64,000 nucleotides of DNA. Origin: Selaginella moellendorffii. Its lineage: Eukaryota > Plantae > Lycopodiophyta. Both the position numbers and the translations under genes were made by a program. The notes beneath the pieces were generated by a model. That model saw only the letters and a list, made by a program, of their open reading frames with translations, made no database searches and was not told the origin of the DNA. Where the stretch lies: NCBI RefSeq assembly GCF_000143415.4, contig NW_003314269.1, positions 7,341-71,340 on the forward strand. Reading direction: 5' to 3'. Below are positions 49,839 to 63,000 of the stretch, in pieces (position 1 is the first letter of the stretch; each line of letters begins with the position of its first letter).

Positions 49839-52800
49839 GAGGACGATGAAGTTCTGCAGCCGCCCCCGGTTGCACGAGTTTCAAAGTTCAAGCCTTTGAA
49901 ACCACCCAACTTCAGAGGCATGCGGGACTATTAAGTTTTGGAAGACTAGGTCTATGATATGGAAAACTATTTCATAGCGGCAGACGTAGATGATCGTACG
50001 AAAGTTGCGTGCGCACAATCCTTTCTTACCGATCATGCTAAAACTTGGTGGCGCCAGGTGTGTGTTGAAAAAGGGCAGACTAGAAGTTGGACCAAGATGC
50101 AGTCTTGTATCCGTAAGGAATATTTGCCGCATCCCCCACTATCCTTCCGGTGCTCGCGGATGATCTTGGTCTGAGACTTCGCGCCGAGCTGCGGTGGTTA
50201 AAGCAATGAGGGGACCTCAAGCATTACGTTAATGCGTTTGCTCAGAAGTGCATTATAATTGTAAATATGAGTGCCGAAGATGCTTGGAGTTATTTCCTGA
50301 AGGGTTTAAGTTCACTTTCTCGTAATGAGATTTTGAAGTTTAAGCCAAAGACATACCTGGAGTGTAAGGAGGCAGCGCAGCAAGTTGCTTTTAGTCACTC
50401 GCTCATGGAACAATATTAGCAGCCGTATGCTGGTAACTCAGATAAGAATTAAAACTTTGGGAATAAACAAGGTGATCGGAAACAAAGGGTGGAAGGTAGG
50501 TTCTGCTTTGGAGGCTCACAAATAACGGTTAACAAAGGTGGTGGTGGTTGGACACCACCAGCAGCTTCTTCTGGTCCTAGGCCCTTTGTTCCTCCTCCTG
50601 GTGGGTACAAGCAGCAACAACCTGTAAAATCTGCTCCTAGTGGAACGGGTAGTGTGGGTCATTGCTTCCATTGTGGAGAGTCAGGACATAGATCCTCGGA
50701 ATGTCCCAACAAGCATAAGACAAGGTCTCAAGTTAATGTCATGAAGGAAGAAGGTGGTGGTGAAGCTAAAGGGGTTGACGAGTTAGTCAATGCAGATTAT
50801 GAGGAAGAGGAGGTGAGTTACTTTCGTTGCTTTCCTCAAACTTTTCTCGTAGTCAATGCAAACACTGATCTGTTGATGTATCTGGTAGGCTTTGTCTGCG
50901 GACACTGAATTCGAGTGATGATTGACACAGGAGCTACGCACAACGTGATATCTGAAGACTTAGTTAAGTTGTTAGGATTGAATGCTGAGTAAATGTCGCC
51001 TATGCACTTCTGGTTTGCGGAAGGTGGGCAAGTAGCCAGAGAGTTTGTGAGTGATGTTCCAATAAAAATATCCAAGTGGAAAGAAAGAGTGGACTTGGTA
51101 ATGTTGAAGATACCAAATTTTTAGATGGTGTTTGGTATGGACTTCTTCAACAAATATATAAAAGGGATTTATGGTGCTGGACAAAGTCGTATCACGTTGA
51201 AGTCTGAAAGACGTCCCGATGTGTCCTTTCAGTTGCAAAAGCATTCCTCAAAGGATTGGGATGCAAAGTTCCTGACTGCAAGGGCCGCTCAAAAAGCAGC
51301 TAAGAGGGGATGTCGGACCTTTTGGGTTCAAGTGATGGAAGCTGAGAGTGTTGGTGACTCAGTTCAAATTAGTGACGGGGTTGATCCTGTACCACAGAAA
51401 ATATTGGAGTTGTTGGCGCAGAATCAGGATATCTTCCCGAAGGATTTGCCACCAGGGCTACCTCCTAGCCGTGAGGTTAATCATCGGATTGAGGTTATTC
51501 TGGGTTCTAAACCACCTATGAAAGCTCTATATCGGTTGAACATCAAGGAGATGGCTGAACTTAAGAAGCAACTCACAGAGCTTCTTGACAAAGGTCATAT
51601 CCGACTAAGCAAATCACCTTATGGAGCGCCGGTCCTTTTTGTTATGAAAAGGATGGAACTATGAGGATGTGTATTGACTATCGGGCACTCAATAAAATCA
51701 TGGTTAAAAATAGTTATCCTTTGCCTCGCATTGATGACTTGTTTGACCAACTTTTAAAGACTAAGTATTTTACGCGACTTGATTTGTGGTCCGGGTATCA
51801 TCAGATAAGGGTGGCAGATTAGGATGTGGAGAAGACAGCCTTTAAGACTCGGTACGGATCTTATGAGTTTCTTGTCATGCTGTTCGGATTATGCAATGCT
51901 CCGGCAACGTTCAGCACTATGATGGATAGAATATTCGGAGATTATTTGGATGCATTTGTTGTCTTGTATATCGACGATGTTCTAGTCTTTAGTGAAACGT
52001 TAGAGGATCATTTGAAACACTTGGAGCTGGTGTTTCAAAAGTTGTGCGAACACAAACTGTATGCTCAGGAAAGTAAATGTGCTTTTGGTCAATTGCGCAT
52101 AAACTTTCTCGGACATATAGTTGGTGGTGGCGTGATTGAGGTTGATCCAAAGAAGGTGGAAACGGTGAAGTCCTGGGAAGTCCCGACCACTGTATCAGAT
52201 GTTCGTTCCTTTCTCGGTTTGGCGGGATACTATCGTAAGTTTGTTTGCAATTTTGCAAGAATTGCTCTTCCGTTGACTGAGTTGACGAAGAGTAGTATTC
52301 CGTTTCATTGGAGACCAGCTTGCTAGCGTGCTTTTGTACGGTTGAAGGAGATCTTGACTACGGTTCCTGTTCTCAGGATCCCAGATCTTGATAAACCCTT
52401 CGAAGTGCATTGTGATGCATCTGGCTATGCTATCGGTGCCGTGTTGCAACAAGATTGTGACAAAGCGGTTGGTGTTACATTAAGGTGACATGGTTGTCCT
52501 ATTGCGTTCTATTCCAAAAAATTGGATGAAACTTAACGAAGATGGCCAACGCATGAGAAAGAGATGTTTGCTATAGTGTCGGCCCTGGAACACTAGAGAC
52601 ACTACTTGGGTGGACATACCAAGGTTTATACAGATAGTAACACACTAAGCTACTTTGCTACGCAGCCTAAACTTATGCCGAAGCAGGCTCGTTGGCAAGA
52701 GAAGCTTGCTAGATATGATATTAAAATCATATATAAACCTGGTAAAGACAATATTGTTCCAGATGCGTTGAGTCGTCAGGCTCAATTCCGGGAAATATCG

Positions 52801-55800
52801 GCAATCAGTTCGGACTGGTTAGAGGATGTGCGGGTTTCATATAGAAGTGATCCATTGGTGAAGGCAATCTTATGCCATGTGGGGTTGTTGAAGCAGAGCT
52901 CTGGTAGCGAAGCAATGAAAGTTGCTAGTCACACTAATGCAAAGCTTCACTTCTCAGTTCGGGATGGGATTATATTCTATAAGCAAGAAAGATTGTATCT
53001 TCCCTCTAAGGATCTTCAGCAATTATTTTTGCAGGAACATCATGATGTTCCGGCAGCAGGACATGGTGGAAAGCGAAAGACTCTGGCTTCATTGAAAAAG
53101 GGATTTTTCTGATTTGGTATGGAAGGTGATGTAGCGGATTATGTCCGTTCCTGCCCTATATGCCAGCAATGTAAGTGCAGAACTGAGAAGCAGGCTGGAA
53201 AGTTGCAATGCATTCCAGCATTGGCATGGCCATTTCAGACTGTGACACTTGATTTGGTCACTTGCTTGCCGAAGTCTAAGGGTTATGATACTTTGATGGT
53301 GGTTGTGGATCGGTTGTTGAAGATTGCACACTTCATTCCAACTGTGGGAACAGTAAATGCGAAACAAGCAGCAAAGCTCTTTTTCCATGAAGTAGTGCGA
53401 CTTCGTGGTCTTCCCAAAGAGATGATCTCGGATAAAGATTCGAGGTTTACGGGGAAGTTTTGGGGCATACTGTTCCAGTTGTTCAGTACCAAGTTGAAGT
53501 TTAGTATGGCTTATCATTCTCAAACTAATGGGTAGACCGAACGTGTGAATGCTCAAGTTGAGGATTATTTGCGGTACTATGTCACGGCAGACCAACGTAA
53601 CTGGGTTGAGCATTTAGATATAGCAGAAATCTGTTATAACAACACATTTCACAGCGCTATAGGCTGTTCTCCATGGGAGATGCTGCAAGGGAATGCTCGT
53701 GGGGTTCCTCAACAAATTGTTGTAGCGAAACCAATGTCCGAAGTGTTGGTCCCGGCTGTTGAGACTTATGCGGAGTAGCTACACCAAGGTTGGTCTAGAG
53801 TTACTAAGGCGATGGGCAAAGCTCAGGATAGGTATCGACGTGATAAGGATCAGCATCGACGGAATGTATCCTATCAAGTGGGAGATCAGGTGTGGCTATC
53901 TTCCCGGAACTTGAATACTAAGGGATCTTTGTCTTGGAAGCTATTATTGAGATATGTTGGACCCTATCGGGTGTTAAAACAAATTGGTGATGTATCATAT
54001 TGGTTGGATCTTCCTGTGGAGATGTCCAATATTCATAATGTATTTCATGCCAATCTATTGGCTCCTTACACTATAGATGTTGAGCACCATAGGGAAATTC
54101 GTCCACTGTCAGAAGTTGTGGATGGTGAACCTGAATACAAAGTTGAAAGCATTCTGTCATGTCACCAAAAACGTGGTGGTCGTGCAAAGGAATATCTAGT
54201 TAAGTGGAAAGGTTACCCGACTTGTGAATCAATATGGGAACCCCTTAGTAATTTTACCCATACTCGTGAGCTTGTCACGGAGTATGAAAATAGTAATAAA
54301 TACTAGCTTTTGTAAAAATCTTGTAATAACTCTTGCAAATCAATAAAGTAATATATTTCTATAAATCAAAGTGTCGTTTTTCTCGTTCGTTCGTACTTGG
54401 GTCAGTTTTGGCAAGTTGACTTTGGCACTTCGGTGCATGGTCCAATCCATAACCATGGGGATAACTATTATAAACTGATCACAAGACCACCTCTCTCTCG
54501 ATGACTCACTTTTGAAAAGGGGCGTGGTTGTGTAAACAACTTAATCTGCCAGTTTATCGTAGGTTTTTAAATCTTCCTGACGGGGTTGATTTCTTGCTTA
54601 GGGGAAGTTGGGCCTCTAGCCTTCTCCCTATATCCCTGCGGGCAGGGATGTATCATTCCTTTGTAAGCCGAGTGGTACTCGGAGTAGCAAGGATGGCTAA
54701 CTCTGTTAGTCATTTCCTTGTCGATGACGGCCGGAGGGTGTCTGAGTCTTAGCGTCTTTGGACATAAAGGAGAGGTCATTTCATAACTCATTTAAGTCGG
54801 TGTGTTTCCCACATAGTGTCCTTTCCATTAACTTTCGGAGTTGTTTCCTTGACGGTTTGCTAGACTTGGGTATGCATCGACGAGGACGTCGATTTTCCCC
54901 AAGGGGGGGGAGAGTGTCGCGAATGTGACTTTGGGTATTGAAAGATACTTGTCGGCTAGTCCTTACGGGCACTTTTTCCTTACTGCCACGACGGCAGGAG
55001 GTTGGTATTGCTGGTCCCTTTTATGGTCTCCACTCAAGCTAGTTGAGAAATTAGTCATCACATGTGCACTTGACCAAATGAGCATAAGGACGGAATTCCT
55101 ACATGCTAGTTGTCAAGCATACTTGACCTGGTTAGAGAAACTTATTGTAAGCTCCTGAGTTTGGACTTCCCGAGAGGTCACCCAGCCCAGTACTATTCAA
55201 ACCCAAGGACGCTTAACCCCAACTATCCCAAGACCCTTAACCGATTGGAAAAGGGGGTGCACTCTTATTCATGGGCCCTTTCCCTCTATATTTGAACCTC
55301 TATGGATCGTCTCTCGAGTCGTTTCCTTTGGTTGCTTACAATCCACCACGCTTCCCTGCAAGTTCACGCCCTCGTGAACGGAAGCTGAGAGCCGCAGCTC
55401 TCCCGAGAGCCCCGCTCTCTTGACACCCTACCCCTCGGGTCGAGCCCAGCGGGAGCAAACTGGACCAGCTAGATGTCAATCAACATGTGGTGCGATTCCT
55501 TTAGCTAACAAACAGAGTCGGACCCGAGACCTCTCTGATACCAAATGTAAGCTCTTGAGTTTGGACTTCCCGGGAGGTCACCCAGCCCAGTACTATTCAA
55601 ACCCAAGGACGCTTAACCCTAACTATCCCAAGACCCTTAACCGATTAGAAAAGGGGGTGCACTCTTATTCATGGGCCCTTTCCCTCTATATTTGAACCTC
55701 TATGGATCGTCTCTCGAGTCGTTTCCTTTGGTTGCTTACACTCATTCATTGACTTGCACTTGCTAGTATTGGGAACCCCTGCGATATTGAGACTAGTCCC

Positions 55801-56435
55801 TTAATATTTGCTAGATGATAGCTTACCGTGTCTGCCAAACACCCTCATTATCATGCCCTTTGTGTTAGTCTCATTTTGATCCCAAGTGCTATTTATGGAA
55901 AGTGTCTAGATTAGCTCATTTGGCATATCTACGAAATGTAGAGATCAGCTTGAACACAATGGTGTTTGTCCCGTGTCCAAATTCGCAATCTAGTGCCATT
56001 CCATATTTAGTAAGTTTCAGACTTGTCCCAGAGACTAACTCCTGGTACTAAGGGAGGTTTGGGGTGAAAGCCCAAAGCGTGTGTCCCTCAGGGGGGGGGG
56101 GGGGCGGGGGGGGCTGTGGGGGGTTCCAAATGTATAGTAGGGATAGTGGTTGGAATGTATGTTCGACCATCTGAGACATTAGTTTGGCTCCCACTGGGCT
56201 GTGTCACTCTTTGTTCTGCGTTCGGCTTGGGTCTAAGCCCAAGTTCCACACTGCTCTAGTCAGTGGGGTACCCTCCTCCTTGCGTTAGGCCACCCGTATG
56301 CCAAAATTGTGCCAAACTTTGTCTGACATCATTTTGCATGCAAGTGCTGGATACGGGGAGCTGGTGCTCGTGGGATTGTACCGGACCCTCATTTTATAGC
56401 GCAATAGGCTTGGCTCCAAATTCAGGTGCGCTACA
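49839..56435 (+). mobile_element. Ty3/gypsy chromovirus, 5'-truncated, gag-pol with stops; PPT 54901-54914; 3' LTR 54915-56435
   Basis: Zn knuckle CFHCGESGHRSSEC, protease IDTGATHN, RT LYIDDVLV, RNase H CDASGYAIGAVL, integrase HHD...GH...CPIC, and chromodomain, in gypsy order. Confidence 0.95.
55146..55740 (-). mobile_element. TRIM (595 bp) nested in the gypsy LTR
   Basis: 195-bp direct repeats 55146-55340 and 55546-55740 with TGTAAGC...GCTTACA ends; PBS TGGTATCAGAG on the minus strand; flanks CTTAT/CTCAT. Confidence 0.9.
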
Positions 56436-56726
56436 CTAGCTAAAACAAACTGAACCTGCTAGATGTTAATATGTGGTATGATTCCCCTAACTAACCAATA
56501 GAGTTGGATTTGAGACCCTTCTGATACCAAATGTAAGGTCCTGAATTTAAATTTCTTGAGATGTCACTTAGCCTAATATTATTCAAACCCAAGGATGCTT
56601 AACCCTAAATATCCCAAGACTCTTAACTAATTGAAAAAAGAGGTAAATTTTTGTTCATGAGCCTTTTCTCTTTATATTTGAACCCTTATGAACCGTCTCT
56701 TGAGTCATTCTTTGTGGTTAATTACA
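56436..56726 (-). mobile_element. Older truncated TRIM copy
   Basis: Diverged internal region, tctgatacca, and one LTR at 56531-56726. Confidence 0.75.
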
Positions 56727-56729
56727 TCG

Positions 56730-59700
56730 GTTTAACATGGACAGTTCTATAATTTTAGACTCTCCATAGCACCATTACAAGTAGTAAAACCTTAATCACC
56801 TACTTAGTTCCCCACTCCTAATTTATATAACCACTTTGAGTTATATTTTTTAAGTTTTATAGTTCAATTTTATCCCTTTACTACTTGTTATTATCTCTAT
56901 ACATTCCCTTCACTTATTCTCCTCTATGTTAAGAGAGTAGTTTACACTTTCTGCCATGTTTTAGCAAGTAATCTTAGGAATGAACTTACTCAATGATTTA
57001 TGAAATGGTTTCTTAATCTAGATATGTTTATTTTGAAATCCCACACACCAAAATTAACCTTTGCTATTCATGGGCCCCTATATGCCCATTGCTAGTCGTG
57101 CCAAATTCTTTTGGTCTTATCTACTTTAGATAAATAATCCTCCCTCGATTTTTAGCTTTATTCAACATTGAATTTTAGATAATAGCTCCTATCCATTATT
57201 CTTTAGAGACTTAATCCTTTGGGATTTATCTAATGTCATAATACTAAACACCACTTCTTTAGTGTTTTATGGTGCTTATATGTTTCAATGATAGACTTTT
57301 TAGTCAATGAGCATTTTTTGTTATTACACTGCTTCACTATATCATAATATAAACACTTTATGCCTTAAGGGATGTATTTAACCTCCTTCTTATCCCGATA
57401 AAAAATCTCAGGAAGTTAGGTTCCACTATTCCAACCAATTACTCCAAACTTTTGCTTAGTTGCTTCATAATTATCATTGTAAGTGACTAAATTTTTCATT
57501 CTACTTTAGTTATTTAACCATATCTTTTGCTATTTGGAGGAATTTCATTCACAACCTTCATAAGTCCTATTCTCGACTTGGGGACATATTAGCCCTATGA
57601 ATGGCATCTATGCTAATCAACCTTTGCATTTGGTCCAAGTGCACCATATGTCCAATCCCATGGTAAACGCTCCAAAGGTGCCACTAATATCTCAGCCCGT
57701 TATGCTAAAGCCATATCTATTTACCCTTGTCTCATTAGTAGTCCAAAACCACCTATACCATAGTCTTGTCTCTCCAAGACTGAGCCATCTATTCATGAGT
57801 GGAAACTCATTCTACTAGGAGAGTAGCAGACTAGATGGCTCCTGTGTTTTGGTAAGGTGATTGATGACAAGAACCGCTGACAGTGGCCTTATAATATAAT
57901 ATCCTAAAACCACACCTTAGCATCCTTAGGATGCTCAGAGACATGGGGAACATCCTTCCTTAATGTCCTTTCTTTAGTCCCTACCAAGTCTCTCTCCATC
58001 CATGGCTGTGCTTGTCTACACTGCCACTGGGTCGGGGCTTAAAGGCCCAACCACTAAGTCCCATTAATGTCTGGGACTTCTTCATCATGTGACTGTATCC
58101 TTGGTCACTACACAATAGGATTTCTCTTCTTCCTTCTCACAATCTAGGATTTTAAGATAACATTTCAAAACACCATGGCCTTACGTGAGCTTCATGGGTA
58201 TTCTTCCCACCTTCCACCCTTATGTGCTATAGCTATGTGTGTAGAGCGAGGTTCTAATGAGTTACACTAGGTATCCAAGTAGGTAGTGCCACCCATACTT
58301 GGATTAGGAGCATTGACCATTCGATCTATTAGGGGAGCTAAAGTTGGCTCTTGAACACTTCACCAAGCTAACTCTGCATTTCTATCCATATTCTCTTTAA
58401 CCTTGGACTCTTCAATGGTTATATCATCACCTAACATATGGGTATAACCTTCCTTGGTCACACTAGCCTTTCTTAGCCAAACTAACTTCACTAGAGTCCT
58501 CCCTCTACTATACTTTTGATACTTACCAAACCCCCAAGGGTTTAGGAGACGATCACTTTGGCCCTTCACCCTCAGACTTGGACTCAGATTTGGACTTAGA
58601 CTTGGATTTGGTCTCAGACTCGGTCTCAGTCTCAGTCTCAGTCTTGGTCTCAATCTCGGTCTCAATCTCGGTCTCAGTCTTGGTCTCAGTCTTGGCCTCA
58701 GTCTTGGTCTCAGCCTTGGTCTCGGACCCAGTTTTGGACTCCATCTCAAGTCCATATTAGACTCCATCTCGGGTCCATCTCGAGCCTTATCTCAGACTCC
58801 ATCTCAGGTCTATTTCAAACTCCATCTTGGGTCCATATCGGACTCCATCTCAGATTCCATCTCGTGTCCATCTCAAATCCATATTAGACTCCATCTTGGA
58901 TTCTTTCTCAGACTCCTTCTCAGAATCTATCTTAGACTCCTTCCTGACACTTCTATATGTCACAACACTTACCATGTGTCAGTCCTTGTTGTGTCCCTTT
59001 TTAAAGACTCATTCATCAATTGCTTCACGCTCATTCCTCAAGCACTTTGTTTGGGGTTCCACTCCTATTTCGACTTTCCAAGTTGGAGCTTTTAATCCAA
59101 ATATATTACGCTTGTTGGACTTTCACTTCGACCATTACCATATGGCACCCTTTTGTCTTGCTAGTGCTTCTACACTGCCATCAATATTAGGTCAAAGCAC
59201 ACAAATCCCATACCTTTCAACTTATGCTATGCCAATCTTATTTCTATTGGGGTTCCTTTGGCAAAGAGTTTTCATGAACTAACTAACTTGATCTCAAAGC
59301 ATGTTCTCTTGAGATATGTAGTATCTTTACACTGTTAGCTTTATGAGCCTATCTTCATAACATATTTCATTTGTGTTTATATCTTTTTCTATGACTAGAT
59401 TTGTCATTTCTTATGCTAACTATTGGTTAGCATTTCACTATCATATTCACACACAAATCTTTGCAAAAGTTGTTTTATTCCGTAAATACTTTTTTCCGAC
59501 TTTAGTATGGCACCTTCTACTATTAATGAAATACTCACTATTCTTATACTTGGATTTCATAATTTTCCATCCACATGAGCATTGACCATTTGATCTCCCG
59601 AGGGAGCTAAAACTGGCTCTTGAATACTTCACCAAATCACCTCACTTGTCCATCCATGTTCATTCTAGCTTTGGACTTTTAAGTATTTATATTATCACCC

Positions 59701-59990
59701 ACTACGTAGGTATAACCTTCCTTAGCTAAACTAATTTCACTTGAGTCCTTCCTCCTACTATCCCACAAGGATTAACCAAACCCTCCAGGGTCTAGGAGAC
59801 AATTGCTTTATGTTTTCGCCCTCAGACTTAGACTTGGACTTGAACTTGGTCTTGGTCTCATTTTTGGCCTCGATCTCTATCTCCATCTTGGATTCCATCT
59901 CAGAATCCATCTCAGACTCCGTCCAAACTCCATCTTGGACTCTATCTCAAAATCCATTTCAAACTCCATCTCAAGACTCCCCCTACCTTT
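56730..59990 (-). mobile_element. Decayed interior and LTR copies of the 1-6582 family (LTR from 57478)
   Basis: tgtaagtgactaaatttttcattctactttag at 57478; degenerate satellite at ~58575-58940 and ~59820-59980. Confidence 0.8.
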
Positions 59991-60034
59991 ACGTACCAAC
60001 CTCCTACACTAAGGCTATCCCTATTCTTAATATC

Positions 60035-63000
60035 TGTCGCAAATGTGATTTCGGGTATCGAAAGTTACCTGTCGGCTAGTCTTTACGGACATTCTTTCCT
60101 TATTGCCATGATGGCAGGAGGTCAGTATTGCTAGACCCTTTATTAGTCCCTCTTGTTCAAGTGTTAGTAAACTAGACTTTGCATCTGCACTTGGTCGAAC
60201 GGGCATAAGGAAGGAATTCCTAAGTGTCTACTTACCCAAGCATATTTGGCTCGGCTTGTTAGTTCTCTTTTGCTCTGTTTTGCACTGGCTTGACAAGAAC
60301 CCTCACGTATTAAGATTGGTCCCTCAATATTGCTAGATGATAGCTTACCGTGTCTGCCAAACACCCTCACTATCATGCCCTTTGTGTTAGTCTTATTCTA
60401 GTCTCAAATGCTATTTATGGAAAGTGTTTAGATTCGCTCATTTTGCATATCTACGGAATGTAGAGATCGGCCTGAACACAATGGTGTTCGTCCCATGTCC
60501 AAATTCACAATCTAACGCCATTCTATATTTAGTAAGTTTCAAGCTTGTTCCAGAGACTAACTCTTGATACTAAGGGAGGCTTGGGGTGAAAGCCCAAAGC
60601 GTGTGTTCCTCAAAGGGGGGGGGGGGGGGTATGAGGGGTTCCAAATGTATAGTAGAGATAGTGGCTAGGTCGGGCATGGTGGACCAACTTGAGACATAGT
60701 CTAGCTCTCGCTTTCGTGCCTATCCTTGTTCTAAATCTGACTTGGGTCTAAGCCCAAGTTCCATTCCATGCTAGCTGGTGGAGTACCCATGTCTTTGCAT
60801 TAGGCCACCGATATGCCGAAATAGCGTCAAACTTTGTTTGGCTCCGTTTAATGTGTTAGTCTTGCCAATGGGATGCTAGTTGCTCTAGGACTTTTCCAAG
60901 TCGCTCCGGGCTCCTATCCATTCGCTTCTTGAGCTATATGCTCGGGAGTTGTTTCGTGGTTCGGTTCCGTCACTCCTTGGCTCCATGCTTGGGAGTTTGG
61001 CACCGTTCCTTCGTTCAATGGCCCAAGGCCCTAAACCTCGGGTTCTGCACCATTGTCCTTTGGACATGTGTCATATGACATGTGGGTCTAGAGGGGGGGG
61101 CTATGAGGGGTTCCAAATGTATAGTAGGGATAGTGGCTAGGTTGGGCATGGTGGACCAACCTAAGGCACAGTTTAGCTCCCGCTTTCGTGGCTATCCTTG
61201 TTCTACATCTGACTTGGGTCTAAGCCCAAGTTCCATTCCATGCTAGCTGGTGGAGTACCCATGTCCTTGCATTAGGCCACCGATATGCTGAAATAGCATC
61301 AGACTCTGTTTGGCTTTGTTTTGCGTGTTAGTCTTGGCAATGGGATATTGGTTGCTTTAGGACTATTCCAAGTCGCTCCGGGCTATTGTCCCTTCGCTCC
61401 TTGGGCTATATGCTTGGGAGTTGTTCCATGGTCTGATTCCATCACCCCTTGGCTCCATGCTTGGGAGTTTGGCACCGTTCCTTCGTTCAATGGCCCAAGC
61501 CCTAAACCTCGGGTTCTACACCATTGTCCTTTGGACATGTGGCATATGACATGTGGCACATGGAGGGTTTAGGTTCTGCTTTGTGGTGTTATCCTATGGT
61601 AAATCATCATAGGATAAAGGGTAAAAACCACATGCACTACATTTGGTATCAGAGAATTAGTCTCGGCGAGTACTATCCAATGAGATTGGGCAATTAGTCT
61701 CGTTGGATACACAAAGATGAAAATGATGATTCGAGTGGGTACAAATTTGGGTGCAAAGACTTCGCAATCGTTCCTTGGGTATGGATTTTGGTTACTTTTT
61801 TGTACCGCATTGTATGAGCTTGCTCTTGGGCTCATAAGATGGATTTGGGAAGTTTCGTTTGTGCTTGGGCTTGTGAGTGAAGCACATTAGCAATTTAAGG
61901 TTACACTTTGAGTGGCAAGATTAATGTTAGCCTAACGGTGGTTCCATGAGTTGTTCCAGTGGTTCCATGAATTGTTTCATGTACCGTGGGTGAAAGTAAA
62001 CTTTCCCTAGGTTTGCTATGAGTGGCAAATAAGCTGGTCCGTAGCTGTTTAGCATAGCACTAATGGATCCTTCCTAAGCATGTTTACAAGTGGATCAATC
62101 AAGACTATAGGGATTAGTTTATTGGTTCAAGTAGTCATTACCATGCTCTCTCATAAACTTTTCTTGGATTAGACTGAAGGTAGTGCGAAAGAAAACTTGA
62201 GGTTTAGTCAAAGATAAGACCGAAAAAAGAGTCATTAGGGACAAAGGATCAAATATGTAAATCATTTCCTCTTCTTGAAGAGATGATTTGCAACGAGGTG
62301 TTAACTCATTGCTCGTGTTCACATTATGCAATCAAGAGTCCCTACCTTGATGCATGTTGGTTATGATGGTCTTCCAAATGGTGAGTTATGGGATGGATAG
62401 CGGTGAAGCGCAAAACCATTTTATCTATGTTTGCTATTGGAAGACTTGGGTTGCAATACTCAATTCTTTCTGGGGAACCTGCTATTGCTCCTTGAGTAGC
62501 TCGGTGTTGGATTAGTTTTGAGTTTGGTCGGAAAGAGAGTGACATGAGCTTGTCCATGTTGTGAACAAAAGTTAGTGTTGTTGGGTGCTGTAAATCTCTA
62601 TCAGTGGAGTGTGGCATTTATGTTGCATTTTGTCGAATCGAGTTAATATTTAATACTCACATAAACCTTTGAAGTAATGACATGGGTGTTGCTCGTGGTG
62701 TTGCTCAATTGATGATCAAGTCATTGTGATTTTTATATCATATCCATGTAATAATGAACAATGTGTTTACGAAGTTGCTTGGGTTAAACGATGATCAACC
62801 CCAAAGTGGTTGATGGTGAAGCTAGTCTACTTGCACGTAGTAGCTTTGTCTGGATTTTTGATGGTGATTCATTATGCTAAGTTTAAGTTGGTTCCTTAGT
62901 TCCTTAAGTTGGCCCATTGTGGTGTTAGAAAGGGTTATAGCATTCACTAGCTATGGCTTGCTTTTGGATTGATGCAAAAATTCTTTTCATTAGCTTTGCA

